From contig NIVC01000513.1 in NCBI GenBank assembly GCA_002269645.1, positions 124,001 through 188,000 on the forward strand: a stretch of DNA of 64,000 bases. Reading direction: 5' to 3'. Numbering within the stretch: position 1 is the first letter of the stretch; each line of letters opens with the position of its first letter. Positions 53,182 to 64,000 of the stretch are shown piece by piece. A model generated the notes under the pieces. The model searched no databases and was not told the DNA's origin. It saw nothing but the letters and a program-made list of their open reading frames with translations. The position numbers and the translations under genes were made by a program. This DNA comes from Macrostomum lignano. Its lineage: Eukaryota.

Positions 53182-54540
53182 CTAGGGAGCGAGCAGCTTG
53201 TCGAGTAAGTAGACGTGGACAGCGTCTTCGCCATTTAAATCATGGGCCTCAGGACTGGCGGAGGATTGTCTGAAGCTGGCTGATGAGGCCGTTGCTGTTG
53301 CTGCAGACCTCTTTCGGCTGGCTATTAGCACTTTCCTCCAACTCCGGATGGTCTCACGGACGCGAATTAGCGCAACTGAACAGTCTATTGACCACTTTCG
53401 GTGAACGAAGAGAACAATAGCTTTAATCCTATTGTCGTGACGGTTGTCCGCTAATAGGGTTTCCGGCTTTAGGCTCACATATGAAACTCTGCCTCCAGAC
53501 GAAGGAGCAACATAGGAGCCGGAGTCGCATGTGAGAGCATCACGGCCTGAAATATCGTGAAGTGATAGACATTTCGAAAAAAGCAAATTTAAATTTCGGG
53601 ACAATTCGTAGAAAGTGATAAGCCTCATACCTATTAGTTCGATTAGCAACTCCTTAGTAACAAACTTGGTGGCTGTCGTAACATCGAGCTCAGCAGCATT
53701 AGCCTGAATGGCGATGAGTCGTTGTTTATTTATTGTTACGGCCGGGAGCTCTTCAACCAGATGACATGTACCTCCCCCTTCATCGCCGTCCTGTCCAGTT
53801 GCGATGCCATTTCGCTCCTCCATCAACCTGTCCTGTGGTTCAGCCTCAGGCGTGCCTTCTTCTGTAACCTGTCCAACGGTCCTACCACCGTGACTCTGGG
53901 CGCTGCACAATTCGATCAACTTATCGAGCTTTTTGCTCATCTGCTCCAGTCGCACATTGCCGATTGTCGATGCCCCTAAAAAAGGTAAGGAGAATTCATG
54001 AAACGAAACGTAACGCAACTGCTGTACAGCTAAACTGCATTTTCTAATTTAGTTTTTAATTTACCAGCTGTCTACTTTGACAAATAAGTGCCAGGCGCTG
54101 TCCAGCATATGATTCTCACCGTCTCTATTCCCATGATTGGGAGGCGGTTCCTGATCAGAGAGTGTTTTATGCAGTCCGTCAATTTTACTTTTCGCAGCGG
54201 CGAGCTCTTGCTGCAAAATTTTGCAACGGTTGCAGCGGTTGGGCATCGCAACGCTTTTAGATTTGGCAGGACTCATCGATTTTTGAAATAAACTGAAGCT
54301 TGTACACATCGACTGGGCGAGCTCAAAGGTAGGCAAAGCAGGACCCATCAGAGTTCCGGGTTTTAAACTGCTTGAGGAGCGTCCAGCTGCAGCTACATGC
54401 ACTTTCCTCCCGTAGCATAGAGGTAGAGGAGCCTCTTCTTTGCTCACTGCAGAAATGACGTACAGGTCCTGCTCATTTACGGCTTGTATTGCATTATGAG
54501 CAAAGCGAACTACAAACCATTTGTTTGATTGGGGCTCCAT
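53182..54540 (-). CDS. Coiled-coil plus BEN-domain-like protein, join(54540..54120,53975..53182)
   Basis: GAC G|gtgaga joins ttttttag|GG in phase 1. C-terminal pattern ATKFVTKELL...LLFSKCLSLHDISG...NRIKAIVLFVHRKW...IRVRETIRSWRK resembles a BEN domain; upstream coiled coil LQQELAAAKSKIDGL. Confidence 0.6.
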
Positions 54541-55377
54541 GTGCAACCTGAAATAACTGAAGGGACAGTGAATGTAAAATTAGTCATGTGTGTCGATAAT
54601 AATGCAGTTTTTGTGTAGCATATTTTTTTATAAACTTTAGTGTTTCATCTACCAGCTTTTAAATTATTTAAGACAAATATTCCCTGGCCGTTTAATGATC
54701 AGTGCATTCAATTGCTTGCAAACAAATAACAAATACTGCTGTGGTTATAAATTAATTAGGAAAAACTCTCCCAGGGTTCTATTCAACCAATCCAGTGTGC
54801 CAATTGGTGAATATATTAGTGATGAGTAAGTGAATAAAGTAAAGCTATCGTTATGCTAGGAGCATATATTGGAAGAAAGTATTGCTTTCTGCAAAAAATT
54901 TAATTTGTTTGTGTTTTCTGAGTATCATAGAAATGTACTGAAAACAACTTCAAGATGTAAGGAGCATCTGATTTCAGAGCAAGAGCTCATCCTGGTTGTT
55001 TACATGAAGCCGATTGAACCCAAGGTATGACAGCTAGGCCCTCAGTTGAGACTGTGCACAAGGCAATAATTAATGGATTCTGGATCCACAGTGCACCATT
55101 CAGTTGTTACTGCTAATGGATCAACTCCGTTAATAGTAGAACAACTGCATTCAGATTAATCATATTGCTGACTCAAGTCGATTACTTTCACACTTCGAGT
55201 GTCAAGCTCCCTCACAGTTACATGCACCTGGCTGGTAGCATTGTTAAATGGACTTGTCTACTCTGTCACATCTATGCTCTGTACTCTGCGAAACTTTAAA
55301 CTAAACAAATGATGGTGATGTAATCCTTCCAGCATCTTGTAGGGGCTTAAAACTTTTGAATGTCAGGTCCTATGACA

Positions 55378-55690
55378 CTATAGCTTATTTGCATTAACTC
55401 CATACACCTCTGCTCCTGATGGAAACTTAATTCTAATCTTGCTACCACCAGTTGACTTCTGCATGTTCTTAGGCAAAGCGCAATTCAGTTGCAATACTCT
55501 GATACATTGACTAATATAGTTCCTGTGCTCAGTACCAGGCCTGTGACAACCCTGAATCATGCCCCGCAGTCATTGGTGACACACCTCAAAAATTCTATAG
55601 CACTGAGGTCAGTCAACGGACCAAAATTCATCACCAAACCAATCATGTGATCAAACAGTTGGTGTTGTATAGTGCGCATTGAACATTGAC
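55378..55690 (-). mobile_element. Decayed CMC/EnSpm-like transposase fragment
   Basis: HQLFDHMIGLVMNFGPLTDLSAIEF matches the H-x-L-x-H...V..FGPL...SA..F signature; surrounding frames are broken. Confidence 0.55.
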
Positions 55691-57177
55691 ACTCACACCA
55701 CAGTATATCTATAGTAGGACCTGAAATATACATTTAGTTTGTACTGTGTACGCATTAGTTCAACATCTGAGGCACCTGACAAGGTCTCAGCCAATTAGGC
55801 ATTTCAATACTGGGATCCAGGGATTTAGCCTCAAAACACGGGATTTCAATCCCAGGATTTTTTGAGACTTGAAATTTTGGGATTTATGATCCTTGGGATT
55901 AGAACAGTGCGGGATTGGGATCCTAGGATTTTAAGGCTTAAATCCTGGGATTGTTTTGGGATTCAAACTGATTTTAATTCTCTTGTTTTAACTAAAATAA
56001 TCATGTAAAATTTAAAAAAAGATTCAACTTTAAAAAATATGAAATAATATAACTGCAGCCTGCATGTCTGTATCGAAATCACACATAAAAAGCAGCAAAA
56101 TTTGTTAGAGCAGTTGTAAGGTGTAATTTAATTTCACATGTTTGTGAGTTGCGTGATGTCTAAAACTATAACGTGGCATTAAACATGACATTCACTTTGA
56201 TAATTTACATTGATATTACATAGCTAGCTATATAACCTATATTAAAACAAGTTATTATTGTTGTAATCAATTATTATCAAATATCTTTTATTGATAAATA
56301 TTATTTATTATTATCAAACAATCTTATATTTCTACTTGTACAATAACTAAGCAAAGAGAAGTTTATTGCATAAATATACCAGTTTGGACCATTAGCTATC
56401 ATTATAAATATCATTATAATTAGTAATATTATTATTAAAAATTGTCACAAAATTATTTATTATTATTACTCTCTATATCTACTAATATACTTCTAGATAT
56501 AGTAGGCCAAGCTTGCTTACTATACTAGCAGTAAGTAATGTAGTATTTATAAAGGTATGACTATGGTTGTAATTGTAACTTGTAATCATCTAAGGTCTAC
56601 CTGGTACTCTAGGTTCATTATTTCGTTTTTAAAAAAACTTAGTCCCAAGAGGGCCAAGACACTTTAAAATTGCTTATCTTATTAATTAGAATCCTAGACC
56701 AGCTAGCACTCTTTGATTTAATATCCCTCCTATTTATGCTTAAATGCAGATATTTCAGTGTATCATGGTATCAAATTCTGTAATAATGTTCTATACTCCT
56801 ATTTTAATTTTAACTTTAACTTAAAGTAAAGTTTAAAGTGAAGTGCTAAGCTAACAAAAATGATTATACTAACATAATTAAATTTAAAGTAAGTTTTAAG
56901 TACTATATAATTATATATTATAATGAGTTATACTAACTTGGGTTGTCATCATATGTATCAGTAAAAAATTTCAGAGCTTTTAATTTCACAAAATTATAAT
57001 TATCATGAGTACTTTAGTGTGTTTCTAAAATTTTCATTACAAATTTATCTAGGTCAACTTAAGAAAATTTACCTTGTAGGTATAATTTATGCTTGCATAT
57101 ATTTTATTTTAATTGTTAATGTTACATTTAGATATATATAACAAGTGCTTTAAAATGAAATAATATTTCAATTTCAG

Positions 57178-57330
57178 TGTCAATTTAACAATGGCACACA
57201 AAGCACACAAAAAGTCAACAAGGTTCATGCCTTGTGTAAAATTTGTGAAGCAACTATTTCAATTGCATGTGGCTCAACAAAGGGCCTGTTGACACATCTA
57301 TGGTCCAGACATCAAACTATGCTTAGCCAG
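57178..57330 (+). mobile_element. BED zinc-finger exon, likely a hAT transposase remnant
   Basis: ALCKICEATISIACGSTKGLLTHLWSRH (C-x2-C...H-x3-H) after a tttcag acceptor; GGGATT-rich subterminal-like repeats at about 55800-55960. Confidence 0.7.
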
Positions 57331-57358
57331 CACCAGCACCAGCAGCAGCAGCACAACA

Positions 57359-60300
57359 TGGCAAAAATACCGAAGACAACCCACTGGAGCGCATCCCGAC
57401 CAATAATCGCACTATTATCGGAGGCGACTTCAACGCCCACGGCGCTTGGGATTACCACATGGAAGAGGACCAGCGAGGACAGCGCGTCGAGGAATGGGCA
57501 ACCAGAAATGGGCTGGCTATCTGCAACAGCAATGCACATACCAGGACTAGCCCCGCCACCGGCAAACGGTCAACCCCGGACATTACCTGCGTTTCCGGCT
57601 CCTTGGCCAAAACGGTCACACGCAGCTGGAGGACTGGACCAGACTGCGGTAGCGACCACCTCCCGATCCTGTTCAACGCCGCGGCGCCCCGTCCAGTGCA
57701 TAAACGAGGCCCCCCGCTGGAACTATCGCAAAGCGAACTGGACAACCTACAAGTCGGAACTCCAGGCCAACCATTGCGCCCAACAGCCCAACCCTATTGG
57801 GTCAGCGGCGAACGCCATGACCATTGACCAGGAGGCCGAAGCGCTCAGCAGCATGATCCTGAAGGCAGCACATAAGAGCATCCCGAGAGGCAGCACGGCG
57901 GGACGTCGGGCCCCATTCTAGTCCGAAGCCTGCTCAAATGCTTGCGCGGAAACCCAAGCTGCCCGGTCCCAAGCTGAGGAACTTCAGACCCAAGAGGCCA
58001 TTACAGCCTTCAACAGAGCCCGTCACCAAGCCGCCAAGGTCATTAGAAAACAGCGCCGCGATCACCTCGAACAGCGCACGGAAGTGCTCGATGCCAACTC
58101 TGACCTTTTTAAGCTGCTCAGATCTATGCGCGGCGAAGCGCCCACGGGACGCGACCCTGCGGCAATTAGCAGTCCGGCCTCCGGCAGCCGCCCGGCGCGC
58201 ACCTGCAACTCCGATAAAGAAAAGGCAAATCTCTTCTGCCAGCTTTATGCCGAGGTTAGCAGGGTTGAACGACGGGCGAATGACGCAGCCATCCGCTACG
58301 AAGCCAACAGCGGCCTCCGGCAGTCCGAAGAGGAGGCCCAAGACCCGACTGCGGCCGACTTCATGCTGGCGAACTCCGCACCGCGCTCCGTAAATTGAAG
58401 TCCGGTAAGGCGGCCGGCCCGGATGGCGTCAGCAACGAAATGCTTAAGCACCTACCAGCGGAGATTGACGAACGCCTGCTGCACCTCATCAACCGCAGCT
58501 GGAAAGACGGCTCCACGCCGAACAGCTGGCGCCGAGCGGTCATCATCCCACCAGCGGAGATTGACGAACGCCTGCTGCACCTCATCAACCGCAGCTGGAA
58601 AGACGGCTCCACGCCGAACAAGCGGTCATCATCCCAGTGCCAGCCCAGAGCAGCTATCGACCGGTCGCGCTTACGAGCTGCGTCGCCAAGTGCGCCGAAC
58701 GTATAGTGCTAGCCAGACTCAACTGGACGCTAGAAACCAAGAGCCTCCTGACGCCCTGCCAGGCTGGCTTCCGCCGACACCGCGGCTGCGACGAGCAGAT
58801 AGCCAGGATATGTCAGGATATTTTCGACGGCCTTGAATCGCAGCCTCCCATCCGCAGCATTCTTGCCCTGTTAGACTTCTGTCGCGCCTACGACAGGGTT
58901 TGGAGAGCAGCGCTTTATGCCAAGATGCTCTGCATGGGGATCAACCGCCGCATCATCAGATGGGTCCGCGGTTTCCTCTGCCAACACAGGGCAGCGGTGA
59001 AGTGGAACGCTGCCACCAGCCGCGAGCGCTGCTTCAGGGAAGGACTGCCACAGGGCAGCGTCCTCGCACCTACGCTTTGGAACTGCTACATTAACGACCT
59101 ACCGGAAGCCATCTCGCGGGCAGCCCCTCAATCAGCAGTCAGCCTCTACGCAGATGACTCGGCCATCCTCTGCTCAGCCACCACTCTTCAGCGCTGCACA
59201 ATCAATCTTCAACCGGCCCTTGACGCAGCCGCTGAATGGTGCCGCCGGTGGAAGGTCGAACTTAGCCCCAACAAGTGCTGTTTCACGACCTTTTCGCTGG
59301 CACCCAACGAGACCAATGGGAAAGTTCGCCCGCACCTCAGCATCTGCGGCGAGCCTCTGCAGTTTGAGCTCCACCCGACTTTCCTCGGCGTCAAACTTGA
59401 TGGCCAGCTAACGTTCCAACATCATGTGGCGGATATCCGCCGCCGCATGGCAGTCCGCCGACGGCCCCTCGCCGCCCTGGCGACTCGTAGCGGTGGCGCC
59501 TCCTTCCACGTCCTCCGCACTGCCTACATCGCCACTGTGCGTGCTATTGCCGACTACGCATGCGGAATCTGGGGTGCCTTTGCAGTGCCGAGCAGCAGGC
59601 TTCTCATCGAACGGCAACAGTTCTGCTGCGCCAGGATCATCTCGGGGTGCATTAAGCCCACAAACGTCAGGGCGCTCCTCGCGGCCGCAGACCTGCCGCC
59701 CATCGGACACCTGATCCTGGAGAGAGCGGCGACCTTGCGGGAACGGGCTCTGAGGCTGCCCGGGGAGGTCCCGGTGCACCAGACTGCCGCTAGACCCTGC
59801 CTGCCCCGCCTGAAATCCCGTGCTCACGAGGCGTGGCTACGGGAGCAACACCCGGTGGATGACCAGGTCCTGCTGGAGAGCGACTACCGCAGGCCTTTCC
59901 GTGGTTGCTGGAGGCGCGCCGCACTGGAGCTCGGCATCAACGCCCTCGAGCCAGCGGGGATGCGCGCCCCCTTCCCGATGCCCGAGCCGCCATGGCAGTC
60001 ACCCAGCGAAGTCAGCTTCGACACCAGCCTGCAGGTCACCTGCGGCCGCAAAGTGCCGGACAGCATCAGACGGGAGAGAGCCATCAATGCCCTGGAATCC
60101 AGACCTCAACACGATATCGTCATCTGGACTGACGGCAGCGCCACGGACGGCTGCCGGGACGGCCATGGCGCGGCCGTCCTGCACACCCTCCTCTGGGGCG
60201 AAGTACACACGACAGCCGCTGGCTCCGTCTGCAGCAGCACGACGGCGGAGCTAGCGGCTATAGCTCTAGGCATCCGCCGCTGCCTACAGCTCCAGCAACC

Positions 60301-60941
60301 ACACGGGGGCAGCATCGACATTCTCACGGACAGCATGGCGGGCATCCTCACCCTGCAGCGCAGGCCAGCTGACCAACGCGAGCCCATGGGACAGCTGGTG
60401 TGGAGCCTGCTCAGTCAAGAAGCTCGCCCGGTCCGCATTACCTGGGTGCCGGCCCACGTCGGCGTTGATGGCAACAAAAGAGCCGACAAGGCGGCGAACC
60501 GGGCTTCGGACCTGACGCAGGACCAGCCCATCGCCTTCGAAGCCGCCAGGGCTGCCATCAAACGAGCCAGGCGACACCTCGATCTCAAGCTCTTGAACCG
60601 TAGCTCGCCCTGGAAGCGCTACGGCGGCCTGACTCGTGGCGAGACGGTGGCGGTTTGCCAATTGAGGGCCGGCTGCAGCACAGCCTGCGCGGCCACCCGC
60701 TACTGTATCGGCCTTACCGAGACTCCACTCTGTCCGGACTGCGGAGACGAAGACACAGAAGAGCACCTCCTGCAGCAGTGTCCACGCGGAGACTCCGCCC
60801 GCCTTGCTCACCCTCTCGACCTCAACGACGCGGGCGGAATCTGCCGGTATCTGAGGATGATGGGGCGGCCTGCAGGTCGCCCTCCCCCCCAGCCGCCGGA
60901 CAGCGGCGACGCGGGGGCTGCGTAGAAGAAAAAGAAGAAGA
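57359..60941 (+). mobile_element. LINE A: 5'-truncated Ingi/I-group non-LTR retrotransposon (partial APE, RT, RNase H, zinc knuckle)
   Basis: GGDFNAH...SDHLPI; RT with GLPQGSVLAP and YADD; RNase H WTDGS...TDS...WVPAHVG; CPDC..EHLLQQC; (GAA)n tail; 12-bp TSD AGCAGCACAACA at 57347-57358 and 60942-60953. Stops and frameshifts present. Confidence 0.92.
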
Positions 60942-60958
60942 AGCAGCACAACAGCACC

Positions 60959-63190
60959 ATGGCCGCGGTCATGGGCATCGCCTCTACCTGGCGACCCGGA
61001 TGGTTGGACAGCTACGACTGTGCCAAGATGCCCAACCCTAGACAACCGCCTCCCCTGGTACACGACTACATCACAACTGCGGCGCAAGGCGATGATCACT
61101 TCCCGGTGTCTAGACATGTCATCATTGTCATCAGCCTCTTTTTCTGGCTCAGTTTGCTCGCCCAGCTTGCAGGCGACATTGAACTAAACCCTGGGCCCGA
61201 CTGCGACTGCTGCGGTTGCCCCATCAGAAGAGGCTTGAACTTCCTCTCCTGCCAGTCCAGTTAGTGCCCCACCCGCTGCCACAAGCAACCATCTTGCAGC
61301 GGCATCTGCTGATACCAACAGAACCAACACTTGCACTGCCAACATTACAGCAGATCAGAGCGCACCCCCTGCAACTCGCCAACCGCGGAGGCAGCTACCC
61401 CTGGCAACTGCAGTGCCTGCTCGGGCCCAATCCACTCTGGCACCACTCCGCTACGGTGCGAAACCGCCGGCTGCACGTCAACCTGCCACCATACAACCAA
61501 ATGCAGCAGCATCCCGCGCTTCAAGGGCTGCCCTCGCTGGCGCTGCCCCATCTACACCCCACCTGCGGTGAGATCCCTGGCTGGCCGCCCGATCGTGGAT
61601 AGGCGCCCCGCGGCTGCCAGTCACCCCCACCCGCCGATTCAAGACTCCGGCTGCTGCAGCGGGTGCTATTTTCTCTTCCGCTCTAACCACCACCCCATCG
61701 CCTGCCGTCAGTGTAATGCTAAGTTCCACAAGAAATGTACCCGTCTTACCAGGCTTGCAGCCAACCTGGCTGCCACCCAGGGTCACTGGACCTGCCTGGC
61801 CTGCACCTCAACAAAAGTGGCACACGAGACGGCAGTCACTAACCAGACCACAACTCAGGCCCAGACTTCCACCCAGTGCGCCTGCCTCCGCACCACAACC
61901 CTCCAGGAACCCCTGCTGATTCTTCAGTGGAATGCGGACAGCATCTCAACCTGGGTCACCGAGCTGGCAAACTGCATCAACTCTCTCAAACCAGACCTGA
62001 TTCTGATCCAGGAGTCCAAACTGCTCCTGCAGGACCCCACCCCTTGCCTCCATGGTTACGCCGCAGTTCGGGTAGACCGCAAGCAGCCGGATGGTGGAGG
62101 TGGGCTGCTCACATTCATCCGGGACTGTCTCGCATTCGAACGCAAGCTGGTGACGACCTGCGAGCCAATCGAAACCTGCCGCGTACGTATCTTCCTAAGC
62201 TCTAAGAAATCCTTGGATGTGGATAACGTATACGTCCTGCCTGTCTATGGCGGCAAAGAACACAGCGAGGTACTCTGGTCAACCCTCCCAACAAACGCCA
62301 ACCTGCTCGCCGGCAACTTCAATGCCCACTCGGCCATCTGGGACCAGACCCAACTGGCCAATGGTTGTGGCAACACCCTGCTGGACTGGGCCACTGAACA
62401 TGGCTTGATGGTCATGAATAACGGCTCACCAACCAGAATTAACCGCGGTACAGGTGGCAAGAGCACGCCAGATGTATCGCTTTGCCGCAACGCTTGGCAT
62501 CACTGCACCTCTTGGAGTACCCTCGACGACCTCAGCTCCGACCACCTCCCAATCGCCATCCACCTCCGCTGCACCACCAAGAATCTCCATTGTCAGACCA
62601 GGACTTTCTAGAGAAGCACCGGGGTAGACTGGATAGCATTTGCCCAGGACGTCGACTCCCAAGTCGCCACCTTCAAAAGCACCGGCGTCTCATTCAAACA
62701 ACGAGCCAGCCGCCTCACGGAGGCCATCATAGCATCGGCATACTGCCATGTGGGGAAAAAGTCCTCCAACAACCAGCCCGGCCCTGGCTCTCCCAGGAGG
62801 CTTGCGAGGCCATCCGCAAGCGCAATTGCCTCAGCAGAGACGTCGGTAACCGCCGTGCCAAATGGCTCCAAGCCTGTGCAGACGCCACTACACTCTCCTG
62901 CAAGAGCAAGGAATAGAGCTGGCGGGAATTCCTGTGCGACACCGACCTATTCCAAGATGCCACCAAGGCCTGGCACCTTGTCCGCAGCCTTAGTGGTACC
63001 CCAGGCGATAACACCACTAATGAGGCCCTGTCCATCAGAGACAAAACCTACTGCAACAATGCGAGTAAGGCTGAGATCTTCATCAAGCACTACAAGGCGG
63101 TCAACCGTCTCCACTTCAACAAAGCTGACTGCGCCATCAACTGCTCTGCTAAGTCTGCCGTATGCGCCTACGACACCAACCAGGAGGCTG
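60959..63190 (+). mobile_element. LINE B: 5' part of an Ingi-like element (2A motif, PHD fingers, APE endonuclease), RT missing
   Basis: GDIELNPGP at 61172-61198; PHD-like C-x2-C...H-x2-C...W-x-C-x2-C; APE motifs QWNADS, IQESK, GGGLL, GNFNAH, TPDVS, SDHLPI. Broken frames; ends at a tandem repeat. Confidence 0.88.
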
Positions 63191-63194
63191 AAGA

Positions 63195-63460
63195 GTGCTT
63201 GCTATCTGGGGTTGCTTGCTATCGAGGGGATGCTTGCTATCTGGAGGATGCTTGCTATCTGCGGGATACTTGCTGTCTATCTGGGGGATGCTTACTATCT
63301 GGGGTCTGGGGGAATGCTTGCTATCTGGGGATGCTTGCTATTTGGGGTTGCTTGCTATTGGGGGGATGCTTGCTACCTGGGGGATGCTTGCAGTCTGGGG
63401 GATGCTTGCTATTTGGGGATCGATGCTTGAATGCTGTCTGAGGATGCTTGCTGTCTTGGG
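63195..63460. repeat. Degenerate, about 18-19-bp tandem repeat (GGGATGCTTGCTATCTGG)n
   Basis: Directly visible. Confidence 0.88.
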
Positions 63461-64000
63461 ATGTTTTGTTTTTAGAGGGAATGTCTATTGTTGTTTTTTG
63501 AAGGCTTTATTTCGCTGTCTATTTGTTATTTGTAAAAAACAAGGATTCTATCCAGATGTCCCCCACTGGGGGGCAAAGATTGCTAGTAAATTGCTAAAAA
63601 TTAAAATCGAGGAGAGTGCAACAAAAATAATATTTTCATAAAAATTCCCAGCTATTCTTTTTATTAGAAAAAGGAAATAATAATTTGATAAAAATAAATC
63701 AAAGATAACAATAAATTTTATATCAAGATATAAAATAAATAGATCTAATCGACATAAATGGCAAAATGACAAACCATTGACTAAAACAGTAACTGTTTAA
63801 ATAGCCTTAGAAGTAGCCTAGTACTAGGCCTAGTAGGCATGAATCAAAACTTATTCAAAAGAAGTTACTTTCGAGAGCGCGCAGTTGAAAAAAAGATGTG
63901 TTTGAGCGTGCGATAACATTCAAATCTATTACTTTTAAGCCGGCGTTTCATTTATGCGTAGTAAAGCTCAGCTTAATACTAAAATTTACTGTTTGCTTCG

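Noticed and set aside
59408-61117. Antisense and alternate-frame ORFs inside LINE A (and similarly in the YR element and mariner)
   Set aside because: Expected by-products of GC-rich coding sequence; no independent motifs.

Overview
Eukaryotic (animal) genomic DNA with spliceosomal introns, many tandem repeats and nested transposons; no prokaryotic features or CRISPR arrays. A GYHFFRL-type prohormone and the repeat landscape suggest a free-living flatworm (Macrostomum-like), which is inference only. Gene models I could splice by hand: (1) two tandem secreted lysenin-like proteins (aerolysin-type module plus lysenin-type beta-trefoil) and a small secreted orphan, all on the minus strand with start micro-exons; (2) two tandem six-exon flavin monooxygenases of the bacterial trimethylamine monooxygenase (Tmm/mFMO) type, copy 1 with a +1 frameshift, separated by a decayed Ngaro/PAT-like tyrosine-recombinase retroelement; (3) an ankyrin-repeat protein spliced in frame to a Mab-21/cGAS-like nucleotidyltransferase with intact catalytic motifs; (4) ACBD3 with an apparent pair of mutually exclusive exons; (5) a neuropeptide precursor; (6) a BEN-domain gene beside a decayed EnSpm-like transposase. 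Mobile elements include an intact mariner, hAT-type MITEs, tRNA-derived SINEs and two nested Ingi/I-group LINEs, one with a 2A (StopGo) motif and a candidate HDV-like ribozyme. All family assignments rest on motif recognition and remembered reference sequences; no searches were run.
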